From a virus (Duplodnaviria > Caudoviricetes): DNA of 64,000 nucleotides. The first letter of the stretch is position 1, and each line of letters opens with the position of its first letter. The DNA is taken from the IMG/VR virus record IMGVR_UViG_3300018012_000099, one strand, 5' to 3'. Below, piece by piece: positions 1-10,046 of the stretch. The notes beneath the pieces were generated by a model. It had not been told where the DNA came from. It saw only the letters and a list, made by a program, of their open reading frames with translations, and searched no databases. The position numbers and the translations under genes are program-made.

Positions 1-1
1 A

Positions 2-340
2 AAGAATTTTGGCACTAACGTTCCATTTGTTATTGGCGCCCTAGATGATAATGGAAACTATGTTGAACCAAATATGAAAATGATCAAGGAGAATAAATAC
101 AAGACTTTGATTATCAGCTTTCCGACTATTGACAATTTAATAGATGGTGCTAAACTATCTCTTATCAAGCAGTCTGCTGAAGAGTTGAAGAAAATGGCAG
201 ATAGATTTCAGTTAATGCATGTGGTCTGTCCACGTCCAGGCGTAGGCATAGGTGGATTAGAGTGGAAGGAAGTTAAGGCAGTATTGGAACCTATTTTCGA
301 TGACCGTTTTACAGTGGTTTCTTTCGAGCATGAAGAATGA
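2..340 (+). CDS. Macro-domain (ADP-ribose-binding/processing)-like protein, 5' truncated by window edge
   Basis: Frame 2 is open from base 2. The C-terminal 'SFPT...CPRPGVGIGGLEW' resembles the PxxGCGxGGLxW motif of phage macro domains. Confidence 0.6.
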   Translation, partial: KNFGTNVPFVIGALDDNGNYVEPNMKMIKENKYKTLIISFPTIDNLIDGAKLSLIKQSAEELKKMADRFQLMHVVCPRPGVGIGGLEWKEVKAVLEPIFDDRFTVVSFEHEE

Positions 341-513
341 TTGAAGAAGAGTTTTGTAGCAAATGTGGCGAAGATGTTTGTGAAAAGACTACTAAAGGTA
401 TTTCCAAGCATTTATGCTTTCGTTGTTTAATAGCTACAAGAATTGCAGAAAGTCGTACTTGGGACGATATAGATGGTGATAAGGAATCACCAGATGAAAA
501 TACTCAAGTGTAA
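337..513 (+). CDS. Small CxxC Zn-finger protein (58 aa, not in ORF track)
   Basis: ATG at 337 overlaps the upstream TGA. Translates MIEEEFCSKCGEDVC...LCFRC...TQV*. Confidence 0.55.
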   Translation: MIEEEFCSKCGEDVCEKTTKGISKHLCFRCLIATRIAESRTWDDIDGDKESPDENTQV

Positions 514-676
514 ATTATGTATGGGCGAAGTAGACATCGTAGGAAACGATCGCGCCATTAACAAGAAAACTAAATGCTGCAAGTGCAACTTTACTATTAA
601 CACCGAGCCCCGTGGACCAGAAGTGGTAGTTATTAACCGAAAAAGGGGATATACCGATTCGGGTGGTAACTTATGA
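494..676 (+). CDS. Small Zn-ribbon protein
   Basis: MKILKCKLC...KCCKC. ATG at 494 is in frame with the track ORF 473-676. Confidence 0.55.
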   Translation: MKILKCKLCMGEVDIVGNDRAINKKTKCCKCNFTINTEPRGPEVVVINRKRGYTDSGGNL

Positions 677-1374
677 TTACTATTTTTGTCATGGCATATA
701 ATGAAGAATTGATACTTCAATTTATGATCGATCATTACAGAACCAGATTCCCTGATTGCCATTTCGTCCTATATGATAATCAAAGTACAGATAATACGGT
801 AGCTATTGCTCAGAAAAATAATTGTGAGATCAGAGAATACCATACTGGTGGCGAAGTAAATGATGAGTTATTAAAGCAACACAAAAATACCTGTTGGAAA
901 ACAGCTGCATCAGATTGGGTTCTTATTTGTGATCCTGATGAGCTATTAGATATTACAACTGCTGATTTATCTAGAGAAGGTGTTTTAGGCACTACTATAA
1001 TTAGATCGGAAGGTTATAATATGATTAACCATCAGGATAACTTTGATCTAGCCGGCATGACACATGGTGTCCGAGCACCTATGTATGATAAGTATTATCT
1101 ATTCAATAAATCACTGGTTAAAGAAATAAATTATGTGCATGGTGCCCATATTTGTCGCCCATTTGGAGTGGTAAAACTATCTGATCAGGTCTACAAAGTC
1201 TATCACTACAAGTACATTAACTTACCGTTCTTGTTAGAACGAAGTAAAATGACAGCTAAAAGACATAGTGAAATTAATAATCGTAATAAATGGGGTATAC
1301 AAAATATGCAAAGTGATGAGCAGATAAGTGATTATTGGAATCATCTTAAAGATATTTCTGTCAAAATTAGATAA
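673..1374 (+). CDS. Glycosyltransferase family 2-like protein
   Basis: 'VMAYNEE..L...IDHY', 'YDNQSTDNT', 'WVLICDPDE' (DxD-like) motifs. Confidence 0.85.
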   Translation: MITIFVMAYNEELILQFMIDHYRTRFPDCHFVLYDNQSTDNTVAIAQKNNCEIREYHTGGEVNDELLKQHKNTCWKTAASDWVLICDPDELLDITTADLSREGVLGTTIIRSEGYNMINHQDNFDLAGMTHGVRAPMYDKYYLFNKSLVKEINYVHGAHICRPFGVVKLSDQVYKVYHYKYINLPFLLERSKMTAKRHSEINNRNKWGIQNMQSDEQISDYWNHLKDISVKIR

Positions 1375-1446
1375 GAGAGCATGATATAGGTAACTGAATT
1401 TCAAGCGGTCGTGAAGGTATAAAATTATTGATTAAAAGGATATAAA

Positions 1447-2013
1447 ATGAAGATATCGAATACGGGATATTGGGAAAGTAATGAAAAACTTTATCATACT
1501 TGTAGTTTTGCTTTATGTGATTGGATTGCCGATTATCTTAAAGATCAAAAAGATAAACAAATATATGATTTTGGATGTGGTATAGGACAATATTGTAATC
1601 GCTTATCTAAAGCTGGCTTTACTAAATTAATGGGTTTTGAAGGAAGCGCCCATACTCATAATGAGTTTGATAATATCAAACAGCAAGATTTAACGGTTCC
1701 TTTTATTTTGTCCGAAAAAGGTAATGTGATTTTTTTAGAGGTAGCAGAACATATCCCAGCTCAATTTGAAGATCTTATGTTAACCAATGTGACTGGTGCG
1801 TGTGATGATAAATTAATTATGTCATGGGCAGTTCGAGGGCAGCCTGGGAATGGTCATGTTAATTGCTTAAATAATGATGAGGCAATTGCTAAAGTGACTG
1901 CTAAAGGATTTGTCTATTTGCCTAATGAAACCATTAGTGCTCGAAGTAAAATTTTAGATAGTGATCTCTGCCCTTGGTTTAAAAATACAACTTTAATTTT
2001 TAAGAAAGTCTAA
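1447..2013 (+). CDS. Class I SAM-dependent methyltransferase
   Basis: 'IYDFGCGIGQY' SAM motif I; 'LEVAEHIP'. Confidence 0.85.
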   Translation: MKISNTGYWESNEKLYHTCSFALCDWIADYLKDQKDKQIYDFGCGIGQYCNRLSKAGFTKLMGFEGSAHTHNEFDNIKQQDLTVPFILSEKGNVIFLEVAEHIPAQFEDLMLTNVTGACDDKLIMSWAVRGQPGNGHVNCLNNDEAIAKVTAKGFVYLPNETISARSKILDSDLCPWFKNTTLIFKKV

Positions 2014-2765
2014 TGTTAGATCTAGTAATTATTACTGGTGCTAGTAAGGGAATTGGCGCTAATATTGCTAAAGAGTGCTCTAATATCTGTCGAGATATGA
2101 TAATTATAGGATCTTCAGATAAGATTTTAGAAAATAAAATTTCTAACGCCATACCCTTACAATTTGATTTGCATCATTTTTATGAATTAAGATCCGAAGT
2201 AAATGGTATTGTTGCAACCAAATTTCTTAATGTTAAGAGTATTGGAATTGTATTATGTGCCTCTCAAATAGGACAATATGGTGGTTTAGGATCTAATCTT
2301 CAAGATTGGCACGACCAGTATGCTTGTAATGTTTTAGGCAATTTAGCCATTATTCAAGCCTGTGAGCCATTTGTAAAATTAGGTACTAAATTAAGGGTAG
2401 TTTTCTTTGCTGGCGGTGGTGCTGCTTATGGATATCCTGAATTTTCTGGTTATGCCTTAACTAAAGTGGCCACCGTCAGAGCGGTGGAAAACTTGGGAAT
2501 GGAATTTGATAATTTAGGTTATGATGCGTCTATTATTGCAGTGGCTCCGGGAGCTGTGGCTACTGATATGTTAGCAACTGTTAGGGCACATGGTGGCGTA
2601 ATAAAAACTCAAACAGATATTAGTGAGCCCACTAATTTCGTTCGTAAGTTTTTAACTGATGATTTCCCATCTAGAGAAATGAATGGTAAATTTTTACATG
2701 TTCGAGACGATATAACTAAAATAAATACGCAACCAGACATGTTTAAATTAAGGAGGGTCCAGTGA
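2013..2765 (+). CDS. Short-chain dehydrogenase/reductase (sugar-nucleotide type)
   Basis: 'IITGASKGIG' (TGxxxGIG) and catalytic YxxxK 'YALTK'. Confidence 0.85.
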   Translation: MLDLVIITGASKGIGANIAKECSNICRDMIIIGSSDKILENKISNAIPLQFDLHHFYELRSEVNGIVATKFLNVKSIGIVLCASQIGQYGGLGSNLQDWHDQYACNVLGNLAIIQACEPFVKLGTKLRVVFFAGGGAAYGYPEFSGYALTKVATVRAVENLGMEFDNLGYDASIIAVAPGAVATDMLATVRAHGGVIKTQTDISEPTNFVRKFLTDDFPSREMNGKFLHVRDDITKINTQPDMFKLRRVQ

Positions 2766-3778
2766 AGATTCTCGTTGTTGGAGCTGGACTGATTGGATGT
2801 GAAAGAATCCTGGCTGTTCAGAAACTTTCTGAAGTGGACAGTTCTGTTTCATTAATGGGAGCATATGATCCTGATAGTGATAAATTAACAGTTGTAGGAA
2901 AAAAATTTCAAGTACCTACCATTTATGATTTTGATACTGCTTTAAAAATGGGACCTGACTGGGTTTTTATTTGCACCCCACATGATGTAGTTATTCCTAT
3001 CGTTCGACAGGCTTTTGGAATAGGATCCCATGTGTTAATTGAAAAGCCTTTAGGACGCTCTTTAAAAGAGAGCCAAGAAATAGCAGATAGTAAGCCAGAT
3101 AATTGTAATCTATATGTAGGTTTCAATTATAGATTTTTTGCAGGCGTAGAAGCCCTCCTTCAAGATTGTCGAGCCAAAAAATTTGGTAAATTAATTTCTG
3201 TTACTCTAACGTTAGCTCATGGCAACGCCCCCGGGATGGAAAAATCATGGAAACTGGATCCGGTTAAATGTGGGGGCGGATGTTTGATTGATCCTGGTGT
3301 GCACTTGTTAGATGTGATTAATCAACTTTCCACTGGTACTGTTCATTTAGACTCCATCAAATCTTGGTCCGGCTTTTGGAACACAGGCATCGAAGAAGAA
3401 GCTCACCTGTTATTACACGATGATAATGGTACTATTTTTAATGCTCAAATCTCTTTGAATAGGTGGAAAAGCACTTTCAAACTAGAAGTTAATGGAACAG
3501 AAGGTTATGGTATTGTAGAAGGTCGAGGTCGTAGCTATGGACCACAATCTTACCGCACCGGTGTAAGATGGGGTTGGTTATCTGGCAAATCCCAAGTAGA
3601 GTCAGAAATTGTGGTAGTGGATAAAGATAATTGTGAAAATTCTTTTCTAAAAGAAACTATAATGGTACTGAGCGAAACTATACATTATCCTATGCCATGT
3701 AATCATTCCGAAGCCTTATCAGTAATGAAATTACTGGATAAATGTCAACAGCAGATTACTAATACCGGAGTATTTTAA
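2762..3778 (+). CDS. Gfo/Idh/MocA family oxidoreductase
   Basis: 'VVGAGLIG', 'ICTPH', 'VLIEKP', 'GFNYRF', 'GGGCLIDPGVHLLD'. Confidence 0.9.
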   Translation: MKILVVGAGLIGCERILAVQKLSEVDSSVSLMGAYDPDSDKLTVVGKKFQVPTIYDFDTALKMGPDWVFICTPHDVVIPIVRQAFGIGSHVLIEKPLGRSLKESQEIADSKPDNCNLYVGFNYRFFAGVEALLQDCRAKKFGKLISVTLTLAHGNAPGMEKSWKLDPVKCGGGCLIDPGVHLLDVINQLSTGTVHLDSIKSWSGFWNTGIEEEAHLLLHDDNGTIFNAQISLNRWKSTFKLEVNGTEGYGIVEGRGRSYGPQSYRTGVRWGWLSGKSQVESEIVVVDKDNCENSFLKETIMVLSETIHYPMPCNHSEALSVMKLLDKCQQQITNTGVF

Positions 3779-3779
3779 C

Positions 3780-4436
3780 ATGCGAGATTTTTTTGTTTAT
3801 GTTCCTTGTCCTAAAGGAGTTTGTTCCGCCGAACTGTTTGGTGATAATAGACAGTTTGATGTAGCTATTAATGACTACACGGGCAGTAATATGGTCCCTG
3901 AACAAGCAGAATATAAATTCAGTATCGATAAATGGAAATATCCGCATATCAAAGAAGATATGAAAGATATAGTTTCAAACTATAAAGCATGTGCTTTTAT
4001 TGATGATGATATTAAAGTTTCTACAGAGGAACTGAATAGACTATTTACTATCGGTATGGATAATAAATTGAATATTTGGCATCCAGCCTTAACTCTTAAT
4101 AGCCATTCTTCTTGGCAACATTTGTATCAACGACCTAATAGTTCTATACGACCCACCAATACAGTTGAGATTATGGCTCCGTTTTTTAGTAAAGCAGCAT
4201 TAGCTATTTGTTGGGATACCCTGAATGTTAATTATAGTGCTTGGGGTATAGAAATCGTTTGGTTTCATTTGTTAAAACCTAATACCAAAACTATGATTAT
4301 TGATGCCGTTCCCGTCACTCACACTCGTCCAATGCGGGGTCATGCCAAAGTTATGCCAAATGGAAAAACCCCTACGGAAGAAGAGAAATTAATGTTGGAT
4401 CATTATGGTTTAACTAAACCAAAATTATGCTACTAA
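3780..4436 (+). CDS. DUF707-like putative glycosyltransferase
   Basis: 'AFIDDDI', 'HPAL', 'VEIMAPFFS...W' and 'WGIE..W' pattern, inside a sugar cluster. Confidence 0.6.
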   Translation: MRDFFVYVPCPKGVCSAELFGDNRQFDVAINDYTGSNMVPEQAEYKFSIDKWKYPHIKEDMKDIVSNYKACAFIDDDIKVSTEELNRLFTIGMDNKLNIWHPALTLNSHSSWQHLYQRPNSSIRPTNTVEIMAPFFSKAALAICWDTLNVNYSAWGIEIVWFHLLKPNTKTMIIDAVPVTHTRPMRGHAKVMPNGKTPTEEEKLMLDHYGLTKPKLCY

Positions 4437-4448
4437 TATTGGAAGAAA

Positions 4449-5165
4449 ATGAAAAACTACATCAAAAATATTAAAATCTATGCTGATGGTGCTGACAAAA
4501 ACTCCCTATTAGAATTAGCTAAAAAAGATTGGATCGCTGGTTTTACCACTAACCCTACTCTGATGAAAAAGGCCGGCATTACAGACTACAAGTCCTTTGC
4601 CCAAGACATATTAGCTGAAATTACCGATCGACCTATCTCTTTTGAGGTGTTCTCGGATGAATTTAGTGAGATGAAGACTCAAGCTTTGGAGATTGCTTCT
4701 TGGGGCAGTAATGTATATGTAAAATTACCAATTACTAATACTAAAGGTGAATCAGCTATTTCTTTAGTACATGAATTATCACACGCTGGCGTTAAACTTA
4801 ACGTAACTGCACTATTTACATTAGATCAGGTATTTCAAACAGCACAAGCATTAAAGGATGGATCACCCAGCGTTATTTCTGTCTTTGCTGGCAGGATTGC
4901 TGATACTGGACGTAATCCCACCCCCATTATGGAAGCGGCTTTAGCTATTTGTCAAGCCACTGATCCCAATATTGAATTACTATGGGCTTCTCCTAGAGAG
5001 CTATACAATATCATTGAGGCAGACAGGGCGGGATGTCATATCATCACCGTCTCTCATGATATCTTGGGTAAACTAGAATCATTAGGAAAAGATTTGACAC
5101 AATTTAGTTTGGAGACTGTGCAGATGTTTTACAGCGATGCACAAAAAGCTGGTTTCAAACTATGA
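4449..5165 (+). CDS. tal: Transaldolase (small TalC/FSA-type)
   Basis: 'GFTTNPTLM', 'ISFEV', Schiff-base Lys in 'VYVKLP', 'SVFAGRIAD', 'LLWASPR'. Confidence 0.92.
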   Translation: MKNYIKNIKIYADGADKNSLLELAKKDWIAGFTTNPTLMKKAGITDYKSFAQDILAEITDRPISFEVFSDEFSEMKTQALEIASWGSNVYVKLPITNTKGESAISLVHELSHAGVKLNVTALFTLDQVFQTAQALKDGSPSVISVFAGRIADTGRNPTPIMEAALAICQATDPNIELLWASPRELYNIIEADRAGCHIITVSHDILGKLESLGKDLTQFSLETVQMFYSDAQKAGFKL

Positions 5166-6121
5166 AATATATAATAGTTGGAGGTGCGGGATTTATCGGT
5201 AGTCATTTTACCGACGCCCTTTTAGCCAACCCAGAAACTCAACAAGTTACCTTATACGATAACTTCTCCTCCGGCAGAAAGTGGCATTACCAACATCATT
5301 TAAATGATCCCAGACTGACGGTAGTAGAAGGAGAGGTGGCTGATAACCATCATCTAACCGCAGCTATGAGAGGTCATCGGACAGTTATCCATTTAGCCTC
5401 TAACCCGGATATTGCTAAGGCGGCTACCCAGCCTGATATTGATTTTTGGCAAGGTACTGCCCTTACTAATTCTGTAGTGGAAGCCATGCGTCAATCGGGA
5501 GCTATCCGATTACTATACGCTTCTGGAAGTGGTGTATACGGAGATTTAGGAGAAGAAGAGGCGCAAGAAGATCGCGGTCCACTCTTACCAGTTTCTACCT
5601 ACGGAGCCAGCAAGTTAGCAGGTGAAGTTTTAATCAATTCTTATTGTTACATGTTTGGGTTGACTGCTTGTTGTTTCCGTTTTGGAAATGTAGTGGGACC
5701 AAGACAAACTCACGGGGTAGGTTTCGATTTTGCCAAGAAGCTGTTGCAAAATCCTGAAGAATTATTTATTCTGGGTAATGGCACTCAAAGCAAATCCTAC
5801 ATTCATGTTTCCGATGTGGTTAGGGCAGTTCTTTTGACAAATGACAAAACTACCTCATCTTATCAAGTGTACAATGTGGCTACTGGGGATTATATTACTG
5901 TCAATGAAATTGCTCTGTTAGCAGCCGAATGTTTGGAACTAACTAACGTTAAATTCAATTATGCAGGGGGCGATCGAGGTTGGAAAGGCGATGTCCCTAT
6001 CGTTAGACTAAATACAGACCGTATTAAAAGTTTAGGGTGGGTTTGCCAAAGAACTACTAAAGAGGCATTAAAAGCGTCTATTCTAGCTATGTTACCGGAT
6101 TTAAAGGCTAATAAAATGTGA
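5162..6121 (+). CDS. NAD-dependent nucleotide-sugar epimerase/dehydratase
   Basis: 'GGAGFIGSH', YxxxK 'YGASK', 'RFGNVVG', 'YIHVSD'. Confidence 0.92.
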   Translation: MKYIIVGGAGFIGSHFTDALLANPETQQVTLYDNFSSGRKWHYQHHLNDPRLTVVEGEVADNHHLTAAMRGHRTVIHLASNPDIAKAATQPDIDFWQGTALTNSVVEAMRQSGAIRLLYASGSGVYGDLGEEEAQEDRGPLLPVSTYGASKLAGEVLINSYCYMFGLTACCFRFGNVVGPRQTHGVGFDFAKKLLQNPEELFILGNGTQSKSYIHVSDVVRAVLLTNDKTTSSYQVYNVATGDYITVNEIALLAAECLELTNVKFNYAGGDRGWKGDVPIVRLNTDRIKSLGWVCQRTTKEALKASILAMLPDLKANKM

Positions 6122-6127
6122 GGCATA

Positions 6128-7102
6128 ATGATTATTGGTAGAAGTCCATTACGAATCACTTTGGGTGGAGGTGGAACAGATTTACCTAGTTATTATAGAC
6201 ACCATGGTGGTTTTCTAATTTCCGCTGCCATTAACCAGTATGTTTATGCTACTATTCAACAAACTTACTCTGATGAAATGTTAATTAGGTATTCTCAAAT
6301 TGAGAAGGTTAAATCTATTAATGACATTCATCATCCTATTATTAGAGAAGCGTTATTACTAACTAAAATATACGGTCCCAATTTAGAAATTACCAGTATG
6401 GCAGATCGGTCAGCCGGAACTGGTTTAGGTTCATCTAGTAGCTTTACCACTTGTTTATTGAAAGTGCTACACAAATTTAAGAAGTGTCAAATTGCGCCTC
6501 AACAATTGGCAGAGATGGCGTGCCACATTGAATTGGATTTGCTCCAAGAACCTATTGGTAAACAGGATCAATATATTGCAGCTTTTGGTGGGGTTACTGT
6601 TTTCAGTTTCAATTCTGACGATAGCGTCAGTATTCGTCCACTCAATGTCAACGACGCTATCATAAGACAGTTAGAGGATAATTTACTTTTGTTTTCCACT
6701 GGTTTTTATCGTGCTGCTTCCAAAGTTCTTAAAGAACAAGATGATAAAAGTAAGTCTCTTGATCCCGATATGATCAACAATTTACACTATGTCAAAGAGT
6801 TGGGTTATCGAAGTTTAGAAGCATTAGAAAGCGGCAATTTAGTTCAGTTTGGTCGTCTGATGGATGAACACTGGCAACATAAGAAAAAACGTTCCAGTAT
6901 GATGAGTAATCCAGAAATAGACAATTGGTATCAGTTAGCTATGAATAATGGCGCTATTGGTGGTAAACTAATTGGGGCGGGCGGAGGCGGCTTCTTAATG
7001 TTTTACACAGAAGAAAAACGGCGCTTGCAAAAAGCTATGAGAGATATTGGTCTGAAAGAATTGGATATCCAGTTTGACTATGAGGGTGCTAAGATTTTGT
7101 GA
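6128..7102 (+). CDS. GHMP sugar kinase, HddA (heptose-7-phosphate kinase)-like
   Basis: 'SPLRITLGGGGTD', 'GTGLGSSSS', 'GKQDQY', 'GGKLIGAGGGGF'. Confidence 0.85.
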   Translation: MIIGRSPLRITLGGGGTDLPSYYRHHGGFLISAAINQYVYATIQQTYSDEMLIRYSQIEKVKSINDIHHPIIREALLLTKIYGPNLEITSMADRSAGTGLGSSSSFTTCLLKVLHKFKKCQIAPQQLAEMACHIELDLLQEPIGKQDQYIAAFGGVTVFSFNSDDSVSIRPLNVNDAIIRQLEDNLLLFSTGFYRAASKVLKEQDDKSKSLDPDMINNLHYVKELGYRSLEALESGNLVQFGRLMDEHWQHKKKRSSMMSNPEIDNWYQLAMNNGAIGGKLIGAGGGGFLMFYTEEKRRLQKAMRDIGLKELDIQFDYEGAKIL

Positions 7103-8392
7103 TTAGCTAGCGTTGAGCCTATCTGCTAATTCGAGAGCGTACTCTACACAAACATCTGAATTGATGTATTCAAATTGACCGAAACGTCCTAACAAGTGAA
7201 TGCCTTGAGATTCAATAATATCATATAGTTCATTAACATTTTTATTGTATTCTAAATCGCACACAGGATATCCAAAGGTGAATTTGATTACCTTGGAATA
7301 GATCACTTTGTCCTTTTGAATAAGCTTCAACTGATCTAGTTCAGAGGACATTTTGTCAACGAGTTTTTCGTTGCTCAGCTTCCAAATGTCATCAGTACTG
7401 TTAGCAGTAATCTCTACCATAATAGCATCTTGATCTGGAGGGGCATTGTATTCGCTGAAATTCTTTAAGAAGGTGATACGATGAGAGGCAATATTAGGGT
7501 CGGCAATATAAACGGTACCATATGGTATGTTGTTGTCGTTTGATGTTCCCAACAATACATTGATTAGTCCATTAAATTTCAACTTACTAACTAGTTCGTG
7601 AGCCTTTGTTGGAAACCCATCCCACATAGTTAATAACTTATGAATTGGAATAGTAGAAACTAATGTCTTACACGAAATCACGTCATTACTGGTAGTTACT
7701 TTCCAGCTATCACCATCTTTATCAATCTTTAGTATTTCCTGGTTTAGTAGTAGCTTATCTTTCACTTGTTCGGTAAAGGCATCAGTGATAGCTTGATAAC
7801 CACCGTGTTTTGGATAATAGAAATACAATTGATGCAAATATCCCTCAGTAGAAATACCAATAGCAGATTTTAACACGTCTTCCATGGGTGGTTTAGGGAT
7901 TCTAGAAACCCAATCTAAAGAAATATTAGAGGGTTCGCAGTTCCAAATTTTTTTATTGTAAGGTAAGAAATATTTTTCGGAAATAGATTTACCAAAGGTG
8001 AAATATGCCCACTCTTCTAGATTTGTCGGCGGCTTGGTATAATCATTAACAATGTAATCTCTAATACATTCGAAACAATCTTCTTTGGGCAAATCAGATA
8101 GTCCATTTTCGAATGGGTATTTGATAAATTTTCCTTTGAATAGTATTTTGCTATTTCTTACTTTCTGATGCACGTTGCTACCCAAAATAGACTTCATATA
8201 TTCTAATACTTTCTTGTTTTTGGAAAATAGAATATGAGGACCCGCTATATCGAAAGTAAAACCATTTTCTTGAAGAGAAGAGCAAAGACCTCCAGCATGG
8301 TTATTTTTTTCAAGAATAACTGAATCTTTCTTAAGATTGGCTGCTAAGGATAGTCCGGAAACTCCTCCGCCTAAAATGCATACATCAATCAT
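7103..8392 (-). CDS. FAD-dependent oxidoreductase (protoporphyrinogen oxidase/UDP-galactopyranose mutase-like)
   Basis: 'ILGGGVSGLS' GxGxxG, 'GGLCSS', 'FDIAGPH', C-terminal 'GRFGQFEY'. Confidence 0.8.
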   Translation of the reverse strand: MIDVCILGGGVSGLSLAANLKKDSVILEKNNHAGGLCSSLQENGFTFDIAGPHILFSKNKKVLEYMKSILGSNVHQKVRNSKILFKGKFIKYPFENGLSDLPKEDCFECIRDYIVNDYTKPPTNLEEWAYFTFGKSISEKYFLPYNKKIWNCEPSNISLDWVSRIPKPPMEDVLKSAIGISTEGYLHQLYFYYPKHGGYQAITDAFTEQVKDKLLLNQEILKIDKDGDSWKVTTSNDVISCKTLVSTIPIHKLLTMWDGFPTKAHELVSKLKFNGLINVLLGTSNDNNIPYGTVYIADPNIASHRITFLKNFSEYNAPPDQDAIMVEITANSTDDIWKLSNEKLVDKMSSELDQLKLIQKDKVIYSKVIKFTFGYPVCDLEYNKNVNELYDIIESQGIHLLGRFGQFEYINSDVCVEYALELADRLNAS

Positions 8393-8402
8393 TTAACATT
8401 CC

Positions 8403-10019
8403 TTATAAATACAATTTCTTAGTTTTTTCTATAAATCTGAAAATACTTTTGTCTGCACGTTGATACTTAGTATTAGCTTCATGGAACTCATTCATGCCTC
8501 TGGCTGGTGCCGTAGTAGTTTCTTCATCTGCTCTACATATTTGAGATTTTTGGAATTTTTCCTCAAATTCTTGTTTCGATCTGAATAAATAATGATTGAT
8601 TTGTATTTTATTACTAGGAGTATGTGTATGATCTAACATGATGCGTTTACGTTGCTCATCTACCGCATAGAACCCATTTTGATAAGTAAACATATGGGCG
8701 TTAATAATTTTTCCTCCAGCCTTTATTATATGTGGCATATGGCCTATTACTTTAACTAGGGTATCAACCATTGATAATGTATAGTTTTCCATCACTAAAC
8801 CAGCTGGTTTTTGTAAATGTCCATTAGAGGAAAATTTGACCCAAGGAACGCACAGCGCACCATATGGTTGATAGTCTTTTAGAATGTTTTTAATATTATC
8901 CGATGATTTCGGCACTATAAATTCATCAATATCGATAAAGGCACACCATTCTGATTGTGTCTTAAAATTATCTATATAATGCTGATGTGCTTGTAGCTGT
9001 CTACCTGGACCCGGAAAATCTATAACTTCCACAAATCCAGCATCTATATATTTTTTTAAAGTTTCTGTTACTGGAATTTTGCTTAAGTTGTCATAAATAT
9101 AAAAATGTTCTACTCCCACACAACGATGAAAATTTAACCATTCTTCTAAATATGGAGTTTCATCTTTACAATAAGCACAAATACTTAGTCCATATGTAAA
9201 ATTATTGTTAGGTGTAGATGTAGCTCCTGGCTGATAGTGAGTTGATACTGTGGGCGAGCTACTCATTCTTAATGATTTGTGAACTACTGGAATTTTAGAA
9301 TCTAAAAGATGAGAAGAGAAATTACCGGTATTAATAAGTGATGAAAGGTTGTCAACTGTCGATAAATCATGCTCTTTGGTGCAAAACCATAAACGTCGTT
9401 TATGAATATCAAAAGATCTATTGTTAGTGGGAGCCCAATCGTAAATATAGCTACCAGAATTTAGTTTAGCTTTATCTATACGTTTAAAGCTCATCCCACA
9501 CTCTTTAAGTACTCTTTCAATATTTTCCGCAGAGATTTGTGAATTGAAACCATTAAAAGATCCATCATAGGAATTATTCTTATCGGTGTTTACTATAAGA
9601 CCATAAGGATCAGTAGAGTCCAAAACTGCCGTCTCCAAAATTAGATAATTGCTACAAATACAAACAGTTTTTAAGTGGGTTTCGAAATCTTTGAGATAGC
9701 ACAATAGCCCAATATCTATAGTTAGGTCGAAAGTTTTTCCATAAAATGGCCATGGTCCATCTAAATCTGCCTTAACAGTTTTGACGCCAGTATATTTTTT
9801 AGCTACAATCTTAAGATGATCTTGACGGGCATCAACTGCCGTTACCTCTGAACCTAAACGATGTAAAACTCCACCAATATCACCGTGCCCGCAACCTAAA
9901 TCTAATACTTTTTTGTGTATGAAATATGGATGACCATAATACTCCACAATAGCCTTGATTTTTTTCTGGTTCCAATCCAAATACGATCCAGTAAACATAT
10001 GGCTGTCCTTATCTTTCAA
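8403..10019 (-). CDS. Fusion: class I methyltransferase + GT2/GT92-like glycosyltransferase (likely ATG at 9998)
   Basis: N-terminal 'VLDLGCGHG'; C-terminal 'KDETPYLEEWLNFH..GVEHFYIYDN' and 'WCAFIDIDEF'; S/T/P-rich linker between them. Confidence 0.8.
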   Translation of the reverse strand: MKDKDSHMFTGSYLDWNQKKIKAIVEYYGHPYFIHKKVLDLGCGHGDIGGVLHRLGSEVTAVDARQDHLKIVAKKYTGVKTVKADLDGPWPFYGKTFDLTIDIGLLCYLKDFETHLKTVCICSNYLILETAVLDSTDPYGLIVNTDKNNSYDGSFNGFNSQISAENIERVLKECGMSFKRIDKAKLNSGSYIYDWAPTNNRSFDIHKRRLWFCTKEHDLSTVDNLSSLINTGNFSSHLLDSKIPVVHKSLRMSSSPTVSTHYQPGATSTPNNNFTYGLSICAYCKDETPYLEEWLNFHRCVGVEHFYIYDNLSKIPVTETLKKYIDAGFVEVIDFPGPGRQLQAHQHYIDNFKTQSEWCAFIDIDEFIVPKSSDNIKNILKDYQPYGALCVPWVKFSSNGHLQKPAGLVMENYTLSMVDTLVKVIGHMPHIIKAGGKIINAHMFTYQNGFYAVDEQRKRIMLDHTHTPSNKIQINHYLFRSKQEFEEKFQKSQICRADEETTTAPARGMNEFHEANTKYQRADKSIFRFIEKTKKLYL

Positions 10020-10046
10020 ATGATGCTAAAAGTTTAGCATATTCGT

